64,000 nt of DNA from Octopus vulgaris (GCA_951406725.2 OX597823.1:86676001-86740000); one strand, 5' to 3'. Shown: positions 1 through 12,544, numbered from the stretch's first letter. Notes: generated by a model from the letters alone, not told the origin. Numbers and translations: made by a program.

Positions 1-1142
1 CGCTGCCACGGTAGTGAGCTACAATAGGAAAAAAGGTCATATACACACAGCACTTAACAATATAAGGCATTGTAAATATATAACAACAATGGCGAGGTAT
101 TCCTGTCAGGTCAACTGGTTGATTCTTTCACTTGACAAGCTATTTATTTGCCTGCTTCGTTGTTTGGAATAAAGCACGAATTAAAAAGCAGAATAGAAGA
201 TAATCAGCCTCAACTATTTTATCTTATCAGATAACAATCAGAAAAGTGAATCACATGAATTAAGGCTGAACATAACACAGAGGGCGACACTAGTCAGACA
301 ATCTTTACTGTCATTGATGACTCTACTCGACTAAGCTGAGATGTAATTCTAACCCCATTTAATTGTATGACTGTATGTACGTGTGCGTGTGTGTGTCTAT
401 ATATATATATCAATATATATATACAATGTAGTTACGTGTGCGTGTATATATATATGTGTGTGTGTATGTGTAGGAAGCTAAGAAGGTAGGTTGGGGTAAT
501 AAAGGTAGCTAGGTAGATATATATTAGCGCGGCAAATTGTTATGATCTTTAGAGAGCTGAATCGTATTTATAGTGGTATTTGTTCCGACTCTCAACGCTC
601 TGGGTTCAAATCTTATCAACTGAGCTCGACCATCCATATAAAGCACCAAACCATATACTAGTTTTCTTTCTTCTCTCCTCTCTCCCTCTCTCTCTCTCTC
701 TCTACCTGTTTTTTCTATTTCCCTTTTCATTCTTTCTTTTTCCCTCTCTCTCACTCTCTCTGAATCGTGAGCGTTGCATTATGAGAACAGTTATGAGGAG
801 ATCACTCATCATGTCCCTTCTTACAAAACTGAGTAATTGCTGAACGAGGAACTGTAAGCCTCAACTCCTACAATAACTGATATGTCAAGGACGAAGTGAT
901 ATGAAATAGAACAGTAATAGAAAAAAGACAAAAAAATATATGTTTTATCCATATATCAATCTATCAATCTATTTCTCTCTCTCCCTCTCACTCTCTCTCT
1001 CACCCTCTCACTCTATATATATATAATGTATATATATGTGTATGTATATATGTATGTATATACATGCTTACACGCACACACATATATATATATGTATCTA
1101 TGTATGTATATATATATAGATAGATAGACAGACAGACAAACG

Positions 1143-1178
<36 letters not shown>

Positions 1179-1293
1179 CATACATACATACATACATACA
1201 TACATACATACATACATACATACATACATACATACATAGAAATGAGTAGTGCAATCGTCAAGGTAGTACCCCAGTATAGATCTATTTGTCTGA

Positions 1294-1428
1294 AGGCGGC
1301 GAGTTGACAGAAACGTTAGTACGCCGGACGAAATGCGTAGCCGTACTTCGTCTGCCGTTACGTTCTGAGTTCAAATTCCACCGACGTCGACTTTGCTTTT
1401 CATCCTTTCGAGGTCGATAAATTAAGTA
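1294..1428 (+). mobile_element. SINE family A, 3'-truncated
   Basis: GGCGGCGAGTTGACAGAAACGTTAG..GAGTTCAAATTCC..GTCGACTTTGCTTTTCATCCTTTCG. Confidence 0.85.
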
Positions 1429-2178
1429 TATAGCAACAAAACGTCACCAGCTTTGTAAACAGCATGAAGTGCGAAAGCAAACGGGTGAACTACGCAAATA
1501 ACGTGAGACGAAAATGCAAAACAGGACAAGTAACACTGAAAACAACACTTCAACATTGTCAGCTGTCTATCTAATCCTCATTTCCAGCATTCAACGAAAA
1601 TATAGGTCTTCGAAGACAGTATCCCATAAATTCGAAAATACATTTTGGATTTATGGAGGGTTACAGTGGGGAGCTAAACAGGACAATGGAGACATAGAAA
1701 GAAACCGAACGAAAACAAACACGGTGGGTCATTAGACCAGAACGAGAAGAAAATAGTGAAAGCTGGGAGAAATATTTTCTCTGAAAAGAGAAGAGATAGA
1801 AGAGAGAGGATGAAAACCATCCAGTCCTTAGAACGTCGTGTAGGAAAAGAAAGATGGACGATTGTCACGTGTGTACAACGAGAGAGATGAAAAAGAGAAA
1901 GAGGGTGAGAGAGAGTGAGAGAGACAGATTGAAAACTGTAAAGGGGCGAAAAAGCGAATTAGAGAAGCATGGGGAGAAAAGAGTATAGAGCAGAATAGAT
2001 AGATAGATGGCTCGATCGATCGATCGATAGATAGATAATATACATTCATGCATACATACATACATACATACATACATACATACATACATACATACATACA
2101 TACATACATACATACATACATACATAGACAGCCTGAGAGATACATACATATTCTCTCTCTCTCTCTCACACACACATT

Positions 2179-2274
2179 AATATTTAGCAAATGCAACAGA
2201 GTTTCGGACGATGACACTTGCTAGCGAACAAAACTCTAGGCTTTTGAATCACTCTGTTTCTTCAGTTAAATATT
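2179..2274 (-). ncRNA. Degenerate hammerhead-like motif
   Basis: Minus strand AATATTTA-a-CTGAAGA...TCC-GAAAC...TAAATATT. The outer 8-bp stem and both core boxes are present, but stems II and III pair poorly. Confidence 0.3.
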
Positions 2275-2434
2275 ATCAAAGATATACCTATAATCATATT
2301 TTAAGTTCTATTTTTCCTGTTGGTATCAACATATATATATATATATTGTCAACGTGTCATATATCCGAATAAGAAGCACACTCTAAATTATAGAGCAGGA
2401 AATTATTTGTGTAGAATATTTCGTATCTGGTGAT

Positions 2435-2496
2435 AGAGTAACTCTTTGTTTCACATCCTCGAAAGCCATAGCATCGCGGACACTTCATCAGACTCT
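2435..2496 (-). ncRNA. Type I hammerhead ribozyme motif (Penelope/retrozyme-like), catalytic core intact
   Basis: Minus strand reads AGAGT-CTGATGA-AGTGTCCGCGA..TCGAGGATGT-GAAAC-AAAGA-GTT-ACTCT. Stem I is AGAGT/ACTCT, the core is CUGAUGA and GAAA, stem II is GTGTCC-g-CGA/TCG-a-GGATGT, and a short stem III carries a GUU cleavage triplet. Confidence 0.75.
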
Positions 2497-2763
2497 GTGC
2501 CGAGGACAAAAGTTAACTCTTCACCTCTCAATAAGTTATCACACCCTGCAAATATTTTAAGCTCTACCTGCTACAACCATAAGCTCGGAAGACTCCGTAC
2601 GATCTATTAAAATGTATTGGTAACTTATTCTCCAAATAGCTTGTGTAGGGAACATGGCCCGTCCTCACTTGCCGGGACTTTTTATTCTGTGATGGTCCTT
2701 TGACCATTAACTGTAACAAATTTCCATCTCTGAGGAGTAAACAGTTAATTTTTCCCTAATACT

Positions 2764-2825
2764 AGAGTCTAATGAGTTGTCCACGAAACAACGGCTTTCA
2801 TGGATACGAAACCATTCGTCACTTT
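2764..2825 (+). ncRNA. Type I hammerhead ribozyme motif, homolog of 2435-2496, probably inactive (G5A)
   Basis: AGAGT-CTAATGA-GTTGTCCA..TGGATAC-GAAAC-CATTC-GTC-ACTTT. Stems I-III form and there is a GUC site, but the core is CUAAUGA instead of CUGAUGA. Confidence 0.7.
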
Positions 2826-2880
2826 TTGACCAGACCTTAACTCTTTTACTTTGATTATATACATACATACATACATACAC

Positions 2881-2943
<63 letters not shown>

Positions 2944-3571
2944 CAGAGAGAGACAGAGAGAGAGACAGACAGAGAGACAGACAGAGAGACAGACAGATAG
3001 ACAGACAGATAGACAGACGGATAGATAGATTGATAGTTAGATATACATATACGTATAATACACATATGCATACAAATATCCATATATACGTATGTGTATG
3101 TGTCTCAGTGTTTCTAGTTTAAAATATGTCATTGACTTAATCGCACAAAGACGCTATTCACTGAATCTTGACTGTTTTCCGTGAAATTCGAATCTCGAAG
3201 AAACATGGAAACTTTCTGAGAGAATTGGAATTCCGTAAATGCTAAGAACGATGAATTGTTTAGAAAGAATAAATCAAAAGAAATTCTATACGGGAGGCTG
3301 CTCGTTTTCTAGAATGTAAAAGAGATTATGGGGGATCGCTTTTGGTACAATTTTATAAGCGGCCTTACGTGCAAAAAAAATATTTTTTTTTATAAAAGAA
3401 GAAACGGAGATAATCTAAGTATCTAATCATGTTTGGAAATACTGGCAGAATGTCTTTTAATTCTGTCATAATATTGTTTAAAGAATATACATTTAATCAT
3501 TTGTCATTAACCTGTTATCTAAGTTTGTAATATATATGTCCAGTTTATTAATTTAGATATTTTTCTATCAA

Positions 3572-3629
3572 TTTCATCATCATAATATTCATTATTATCA
3601 TCATCGTCACCATCATCACCATCACCAAT

Positions 3630-3680
<51 letters not shown>

Positions 3681-3752
3681 GTTGTCGTCATCGTAGTCGG
3701 CATTATCGTTTTCGTCGTCATCATCACCATCATCATCATCATCATCATCGTC
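3572..3752. repeat. (CAT)n trinucleotide tract
   Basis: Direct reading. Confidence 0.93.
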
Positions 3753-4023
3753 TTCAAAATCGTCGTTCTTTTAACGTCCATCCGCGCAAGGCCAGACGGA
3801 GTTTGTTGAAGCAACTTTTTTACGACTACAAGATCCTCCTGTCACCAACACTCACCTGCTTCCAAGCATGGTCGGAAATGTCTTCGCAGAATATTGAAAG
3901 AGAATTACACTGCTTATATGACAGGGACTCTCAATTACAACTATCATGCGACGCAAATCAAAGAAACAAACACATCCAGATACATACATACATACATACA
4001 AACATACAGGTGTGTATGTATTC

Positions 4024-4436
4024 ACGTGTATATATATAAACGTAGACACAGGAGTGGCTGTGTGGTAAGTAGCTTGCTTACTATCCACATGGTTCCGGGT
4101 TCAGTCCTATTGCATGGCACCTTGGGCAAGTGTCTTCTACTATAGCCTCGGGCCGACCGAAGCCTTGTGAGTGGATTTGGTATACAGAAACTGAAAGAAG
4201 CCCGTCGTATATATGTATATATATATGAGTGCGTATGTGTGTGTGTGTTTGTCGCTTGACAACATATGGTGGTGTGTTTACGTCCCCGTAACTTAGCTGT
4301 TCGGCAAAAGATACAGATAGAATAAGTACTAGGCTTCCAAACAATAAGTCCTGGGATCGATTTGCTCGACTAAAGGCGATGCTCCAGCATGGCCGCAGTC
4401 AAATGACTGAAACCAGTAAAAGAATAAAAGAGTAAG
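4024..4436 (+). mobile_element. SINE family B, full length
   Basis: GGAGTGGCTGTGTGGTAAG (A-box-like), CCGGGTTCAGTCC (B-box-like), ACCTTGGGCAAGTGTCTT core-like motif, internal TA/TG microsatellite, tail AATGACTGAAAC..AAAAGAGTAA. Confidence 0.9.
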
Positions 4437-4554
4437 AGAGTATATATGTTTGTGTGTATGTATGTGTATATATATATATATATTTTTTTTTAATTTTATA
4501 TATGTATGTGTGTGTATATATGTATGTATGTATGTATGTAAATATGTTTGCATG

Positions 4555-4668
4555 GGGGCCTATTTCAGTTTCCGTCCTCCAGATTCACTCAAAAGTATTT
4601 GCTCGAACCGGTTTAATATTTGAAGATACTTGCCCAGGATGCAATGTAATGGGAATGAACCTGCACCT
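4555..4668 (-). mobile_element. SINE family B 5' fragment
   Basis: TTTCAGTTTCCGTC..GAAGATACTTGCCCAGG..GAACC. Confidence 0.65.
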
Positions 4669-5065
4669 ATTTCTAAATTAAGAAATTTTTGATTATCACA
4701 AATGAATTTTATGTTGCTTGACTTCTTCAAAATCGTACATTTCTCAACAGCAGTAGTATAACATACCCAGATCTTATTGTCGTTTTGTCGTTCGTGTTGA
4801 TTATTACAAAGTGAGAGTTGATCAGACAAGCCTCTAATCATAGGCAATCCATAGTTGACCATTCCCTCATTGCGATTCAGAGAACGTACATAGGATTACA
4901 TTACGTATCGTTCGTATTTTAACGTCAGACTGCTTCAATTAACAAGTAGAGTATTTGAACTATGATAATCAAATCAAAGCCAAATTTTGCTGTTAGTGGA
5001 TCATACTATTGCGGATACTTAAAATAAATCGAAAAATGTATTTTTAATGTATTATTTTCAGTCTG

Positions 5066-5290
5066 TCTTTTATCTTTTAACTTTTACTTGTTTCAGCCAC
5101 CAGATTGCGGCCATGCTGGGGCACAGCCGTGAAGCGTTTTAGTTCAGCAAATTGATCCCAGTATTATTGCTTTTTTTTTAAAGTCAGATACTCATTCTAG
5201 CGGACCTTTAGACGAACCGCTAGCTTACAGGATTATAATCACACCCACACCAGCTCTCAAGTGGCGGTGGGGAAAAACACAGGCACATGC
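5066..5290 (-). mobile_element. SINE family B 3' half
   Basis: CTTTTACTTGTTTCAG..TGCGGCCATGCTGGGGC..GAACCGCTA. Confidence 0.75.
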
Positions 5291-5324
5291 CCTCCCCATA
5301 TATATATATATATATATGGGCTAA

Positions 5325-5566
5325 AGGCGGCGAGCTGGCAGAAATGTTAGTACGCCGGGCAAAATGCTTAGCGATAGTTCGTCTGCCGTTACGTTCTGAG
5401 TTTAAATTCCGCCGAGGTTGACGTGACCTTTCATCCTTTCGGGATCGATTAAATAACTACCAGCTATGCACTGGGGACGATATAATCGACTTAATCCGTT
5501 TGTCTGTCCTTGTCTGTCCTTGTCTGTCCCCTCTATGTTTAGTCCCCTGTGGCAATAAAGAAATAA
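5325..5566 (+). mobile_element. SINE family A, full monomer (tRNA-like head + central domain + tail)
   Basis: A-box-like TGGCAGAAATG, B-box-like GAGTTTAAATTCC, central CTTTCATCCTTTCGGGATCGATTAAATAA domain, tail ..GTGGCAATAAAGAAATAA. A degraded partial copy follows to ~5720. Confidence 0.9.
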
Positions 5567-5777
5567 ATATTATTATTGATCTTTCAGCCAAGGTCGAATT
5601 TGCGTCTCATCCTTTCGAAATCAATAAAATTAATACCAGATGATCCCCAAGGTTCATGTAATCGATTTGCTACCTCCGTCAATTTTCAGACCTGGTGCCT
5701 ATTTTAGAAGCAATTTTATAATCGATCCTGAAATAAAAGTCAAAACTAATCTGCGGTCAGCATCCTAAGCGACAGCA

Positions 5778-6290
5778 GTTCCAATGGCTCTCAACCGACG
5801 TTCATATGACCCTTTGGGGTCGGTATTTTTTTTTTTTTTGTTAAAATTTATCTGCAGTAAATTGGTTAGAGTGTTCAAAAAGTCTCTCCGTAGTAAGTAT
5901 TTTATTGCAAAATAAATATTTATAAGATGGTATAAGACTACAAAAGAATATATTAGACTGAAGACTTTAAAAAACATTATAAGAGGGGTTGAAAGTGTCG
6001 TCCTTCATTTTCAATACACAAGTTGACTCTTCTACACGTGTTTCGAAATACATCTTGGAGAGTCTGACTCAGGGAGAGTCAGGATGGAAAATATTCAATG
6101 CGGAGAGACTTTTTGAACACCCTGTAAAATACATCAATATTTTCACAATTATTTTTATACACTACCTAATAATATTTAATTAGGAAAATATAATAGTATT
6201 TTTTAAACATTGAATGGCTATAAGGGTCCATCCGAGTAAAATGAGAATCAAAAGGGTCCATAGATTAAAAAATGGTTGGGTATTACTCTG
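5778..6290. mobile_element. hAT-like MITE, possibly with a nested mariner-like piece (~5980-6126)
   Basis: Ends resemble CA.TGG.TCTCAACC / GGTTGGG..ACT.TG. It shares ATGGCTAT..GGGTCCA..AATCAAA.GGTCCATA motifs with 7395-7727 and 61095-61330. Confidence 0.45.
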
Positions 6291-7394
6291 CTAGACGGAT
6301 ATTTCCAGTACACAGTTTAATGAGACAGGGATCACTTTGAACATTGCTAAATCATATACACACGATATGCTTAACTTCTTAAATTCGCCATAAAAGTAAA
6401 TTAATGCTAAATACGATGTTATTATTAATTTTCAAAATATAAAGCTATTGAAAGCTAGGTTTAATGTTGAAACAGGAATAAAGCTATTTAAGTCGTAATT
6501 AATAAATGAAATATATACAAATGCGACAATTGTTGTAAAAATCAAAGCGTTTTAAAAACGGGAAATAAGAAATGTTTACAATATATTACACGGAAATTGA
6601 AAGCTTCTTTCATACGTTTATAATTCTATTTTCTCTCAGGATAATATATTTATCGTTCTGCTGTTTACAATAATCTATTTGCATGTTGTTGTTGTTGTTA
6701 TTATTATTATTATTATTATTATTGTTATTATTATTATTATGCTAAAACAAGAAATTAAAATGGAGGAAAATGAAATTAATGAAAGAATGAAGGAAAACAA
6801 GAAATACTTTTACGATCAATATTCGTTTAGTTGAAAGTAAGTAGAACTGGAAGAAAACATAAAAATTCGTTTAGAAAACATTCAACTCTGTTTACTTACG
6901 TCGGAATTTTACTTGTTGGGGAATGAAAACACTTTACAAAAGTAGGTAGCATGTCACAAGCGAAATTTCTTAATTTTTAAAGAAAATTTCACCATTATGT
7001 TTCGGAATTTCCTTAATTTCCTTTCAAACAGACTGTAAACAACTTTTAAATTGAAATTATTTAATTCTACTTTACGCTTATTAATTTTATTCTAAACAGT
7101 AAAAATCACATTCAGCATTAATTGCTTTGCAATACCGTATTTATGAAAAATACATTGAGGATTTGAAGTTATTGTATATATTAATGAATAACCATTTACG
7201 TTTCATTTTGTTTAATAGCTTTAAAATGGTGTTCATTATGTAAAAAAAACTGATGGTTCGCCGTACCAAATATTTTCCTGTCTGTAATTTGGTACCTTTA
7301 AATTCTGAGTTCAAGTCATACCAAGATCGATTAATTTTTTCATTCACTTTAGGGACTATTGAATATATAAAGGGACATTGTTTTGGGTATAAGA

Positions 7395-7727
7395 CCAGTG
7401 GTTATTAACCAGTGTCTATATGGCCTCGGAGGGTCTATATAAGATTGTTTTTTTTAGTGGGGTGTCTACAGAAAATTTTAAATTGGGGCCATGAAAAATC
7501 TTTGCTTTAGATGTATGTATTGGTATGTATTGCAAGAAACAGGTTTCTGTCTCAGACATTTTACATAGTTCAACCTACACAAGTTAATGTGTGAAAAACA
7601 AAATGGGATTTTTGAAAGACGCTTCTATAAAATAAGATTTTAAACATCGAATGGTTATGGTTGGGGGCTACCAGAATAAAATTTTAATCAAAGTGTTCCA
7701 TACATAAAAAATGGTTGAGAACCCCTA
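7395..7727. mobile_element. hAT-like MITE
   Basis: CAGTGGTTATTAACC ... GGTTGAGAACCCCTA termini; same family as 5778-6290. Confidence 0.55.
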
Positions 7728-8620
7728 ATACAGACTATGACAAAAATTTTGAGGGAGAGGATTAGCTGATCCGATTCGGCCCAGTGCTTTACCGGTATAA
7801 TTTTTTACCATACACGTCTTCAATTAGACGATTTTAAATGCTGAGATTAAAATCACACGAGGACCCACTTTGATTTTAATCTTCTTGGTGTCTGTTTAGT
7901 CAATAAATACTAGTCAAGCATTAGAAGAAAAAAAAGCATTGAAAGTATACAAGATCAAAATTTTGGGGAAAATCCCCATAATTGCCTCACCATGGAAACA
8001 AAAGAAAAAATAGGAGGGATTAAGCAGCAGAAGAGGTAAGAGTGAGTAATGGGTTGTACACTCCAGAACAAATAGCGCGTTTAGAAGCGCCTCGTGGACA
8101 TAACTGCCGTGGTGTTGCCGACAATGATGGCCAGTGGAACCCTCAGCAGTAGCCACCTAATCTCGCGGGGTTCATTTCTCAGACGGGCCGGAGAAAATCG
8201 ACACTGGGAGATCCGCAAATACTTGTGGTTTCGATGGTGACTGGAACAAACTGGAAGCAGCCGGTCAGGGTCCTGTATTTTTTTTATCTTTCACTCTTCT
8301 GTGTTACAAGCTGCATGTTTCTGATGTAAGCATATGAAATCACATTTTTATGAAAGGCATTCATCGATAACACTGAAAGCAGCACTTGATTGGTACTTGA
8401 TTTTATCAACACACAAATTCTTAATTGGGTAACTTTATATTCTAATTTCAAACAATGATGGGATCGATTTTGGTTTTAATCCTCCGGGATTCGAGCCAAT
8501 AAATAATAGTCAAATAATCAGTTCTGATTTAGTCAGAGCGACAGCAATTTTCATGCAGGGTCTCATCGATCCCAACCACACTGGTCTCAGTAAATCACTG
8601 GTAATTTCTTTCTCAACCTA

Positions 8621-8745
8621 GGCGCAGGCGTCACTGTCTAATAAGAAGCTTGCTTCGCAACCACATGGTACCGGTTTCTGTATCAGTGCGTGGCAACTTG
8701 GGCAAGTGTTTTCTAGTATAGCCTTGGTCCCACTGAAGCCTCCAT
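8621..8745 (+). mobile_element. SINE family B 5' fragment
   Basis: GGCGCAGG..AAGAAGCTTGCTT..AACCACATGG..CTTGGGCAAGTG. Confidence 0.75.
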
Positions 8746-8862
8746 TCAGGTCTTACATCCTGGTGATTATTGGGCTCTTGGCGCATGTTGCACCAGACGA
8801 GTACAAGTTTGAAGGACACCAGTGTGGACTGGCCCTGCACAAATCATGCCCGAAATAAAAAG

Positions 8863-9068
8863 AGGGCGAGCTGGTATGAACGTTAGCACGCCGTTCGAAA
8901 TGCTTCGTCAGTCTTTATGTTCTGAGTTCAAATTCTGCCGAGGTCGACTTTGCCTTTCATCCTTTCGGGGTCGATAAGTTAAGTAGCAGTTGCGTACTGG
9001 AATCGATCTAATTGACTGGGCTCCTCTCATAATATTTCGGGCCTTGTGCCTAGTGCTGGAAAGAATAA
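8863..9068 (+). mobile_element. SINE family A (alternative tail)
   Basis: Family A head and body with the tail ..ATTTCGGGCCTTGTGCCTAGTGCTGGAAAGAAT. Confidence 0.88.
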
Positions 9069-9274
9069 TCCTTTCTACTAAAGGAAGAGAGCCTGAAATT
9101 TTGGTTTCCAGTGTATTACATCGACTCCAGTGTTTCACTGGTACTTATTTTATCGGCCCCGAAAGGATGAAAAGTAAAGTCGACCTCGGTGGAATTTGAA
9201 CTCAGATCATAAAGACAGACGAAATGTTGCCAAGCATTTCGCCTGGTGTGCTAACGATTCTGCCAGCTCGCCGA
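9069..9274 (-). mobile_element. SINE family A
   Basis: Reverse-complement copy abutting the previous copy tail-to-tail. Confidence 0.88.
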
Positions 9275-9309
9275 CTTCATGCCTGCTATAATTATATTCA
9301 TGGTGCAGA

Positions 9310-9535
9310 TGGCAGCGAGCTGGCAGGATGGTTAGCACGCTGGGCGAAATGCTTAGCAGTATTTCGTTTGCCGTTACGTTCTGAGTTTAAATTCCGCCGA
9401 GGTTGATTTTGCCTTTCGTCCTTTCGGGGTCGATTAAATAAGTACCAGTTACGCACTGGGGTCGATGCAATCGACTTAATCCCTTTGTCTGTGTATGTCC
9501 CCTGTGTTTATCACCCTGTGAGCAATAATGAAATA
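9310..9535 (+). mobile_element. SINE family A
   Basis: Full monomer flanked by TATATTCATGGTGCAG at 9292-9307 and 9536-9551 (apparent ~16-bp TSD). Confidence 0.9.
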
Positions 9536-10617
9536 TATATTCATGGTGCAGGTTGATCAAAAATTAAACCAAGACATCAGGACCAATAACAGCAAACTTT
9601 TCGTTCGTTGAGTGGCGATAGAAAAAGAGGGGACGACAGGAACGGGATGAGGATGCTACTAGAGTCTTCAGTTTTGACCATGCCAGCAGGCGGCCATAGG
9701 GTGATGATCTCGTGTGTGTGTGTGTGAGTGCGTGTATGCGTGAGTGCACGTTTATATTTGTTTCTGTGTATGTGTTTGTGTGTTTGTGTACATGTACGCC
9801 TGTGTGAGAGTGTATGGTTGAGTGTTTGAGTTTGTGTGTGAGGTGGTTGTCAGTTTATTTGCGTGTAAGCGTTTGTGTGTGTGTGTTTTTGCTCGTAATT
9901 GTGTGTGTATGTTCGGATATGTATGGGTTTGTGTGTGTGTTCGTGTTCATGTGAGCGTATGCCCATATGTGTGTATGTCCATGTTTGTGGGTTTGTATGT
10001 ATGTGTTTGGGTGTACATCACAACCACCACCACCACCACCATCTCTTATCGTCGCAGCCACGAGAGGGAGAGTCCAATATGTCATTGAAGATTCGAGGGG
10101 GAAAAAAAAAGCAACAACCGAATAATAAATAAACTCCGAAGCACTCATTTATATGATCTGTCTAATCAGGCCTCAACCAGGGGTTAAACAACTTCCCCAA
10201 CAACAACAACAACAATAACAAAATACAACAAAAATAAAACAGCAGCGATGCCAAAATCTTTGGCTTATAAATAAACACAGCGTTGTCTTTAAGAAATCTA
10301 TGTCAATGCTTGAGCGTGTTTTGACAGCATCATGTGTCATATCTTGACAATAAACTCGCTTTACGAAAATATCATAAACAGTTTTAAGTTATTAAACGTG
10401 TGTTTCGTGTTTATTTTGCTTTCAGTCAAAATGGCCAAATAAAGACTTCTTCAATGAATTGGTGCTTTCCTACAAAATTTCTAAAGGATATTTGTAACTA
10501 CATACACTATGTTTAGTCTTTCGTATTCCAGAATTATACCCGATTCACACACTCACTTTCGCATAGGCACCCGCACATACTCATGCGTGCGCCCGCATTC
10601 AAGCACAAGTGCGTATG

Positions 10618-10676
<59 letters not shown>

Positions 10677-10707
10677 CTTTGATTACACTGCATTTCAGAA
10701 ATTATAG

Positions 10708-10763
<56 letters not shown>

Positions 10764-11149
10764 CCATCTGTCTGTCTGTCTCTCCCTCTCTCATATATAT
10801 GAATGTGTGTGTGTGTATGCATGCATGTATGTATGTATGTATGTATGTATATACATCGCCTTGTGAGGGTAATGTAGCCGGTATTTCTGCTGTTCTAACG
10901 GCAACTCTGCGTCCGAAAAAAACATTTTCTAATGTATAACGCACAATACACATTTCGATTCTTCTAATAAAAACAACAAAAAAATATTTGTTTGTTTCCA
11001 TTTATACAAACACACACACACATATGTAGACATGCGTGAGTATTTTGCGTGCATACATTGCGCATATTCACGTATCTGTGTGTGTGTGCGGGTGTGTCTA
11101 TGTGTGTGTGTATACCTCTATACATAGACATGCGTGAGTATGGACAAAT

Positions 11150-11213
<64 letters not shown>

Positions 11214-11288
11214 CATATAGGTAGACATGTAGACATAGAAATAGAGAGAGAGAGGGGATGTATGAGTGAGGTAGATAGATAGATAGAT

Positions 11289-11373
<85 letters not shown>

Positions 11374-12108
11374 CAGACAGATAAATAGGTAGATAGAAAG
11401 ATAGCGAATATGTGTTAAATTCCATCTATGTATGTATGTGGATATATATATATACATACATATATTTTAAATACCTACGCGCACGCACACGCACACACAC
11501 ATAATTGTACTAAGACATCACAATTAGAGAGAAAGGCAGAGAGATAGTACGTATGAGCGACTAATGGGAAATAGAAAACGGCCAATATACTTGACATGAG
11601 TCATTAGTCATTAGTCATTAGTACGGCGAATATTTTTCCTTCTCGTATTCCTTCAATCTGGAACCCAACCAGTATCAACATTCGCAGCGGCGTTCGTAGA
11701 AAAATACTTAGGAAAACGTCTTTGTTATATCGTTTTTATAAGCAACAATGTTTATTTGTTACAATTATTCGGTTGGCATGGCGAGTTTAAAAACGATATT
11801 CCTCTGTTTGTTTTCCTTATGAAAAACCGTATCTCTAAAGCATTTATTTAAGTCGAAACTATAACCCTTGCTAATTGTATCTGTCCGTTTCTATCGTATG
11901 ATCTCGCTTGTAATCGCCATGTTTTTTTCTCCAAAAAGATAATTTTATTATTATTGTTTCCTCGTTTTTTTATGCATTTTCTTTTTTCTTTTTTTTTTTT
12001 TTGAGGTTTCGTTCAAAATGCATTTAATGTCCCAAGTACCGTATACAGAAGCCTTCAGTTTCGCAAATATAGAAATTCCTTCTCTGAAGGAGAGCAGTTG
12101 TTTCATAT

Positions 12109-12197
<89 letters not shown>

Positions 12198-12304
12198 CGT
12201 GTGTGTGTGTGCACGCGTGCGTTTATTTCTATATATATTCATATATAAATATGTCTGAAATGTGTGTTTTTGTTCAAGCTTACATGTATATATATTTATC
12301 TGTA

Positions 12305-12340
<36 letters not shown>

Positions 12341-12383
12341 GTATATATACAGGAACGCAAACGCACTCACACACACGCTCATT

Positions 12384-12414
<31 letters not shown>

Positions 12415-12476
12415 AAAAAAAAAAAGTATATATAATGTATATATACAGGAACGCAAACGCACTCACACACACGCTC

Positions 12477-12543
<67 letters not shown>

Positions 12544-12544
12544 T

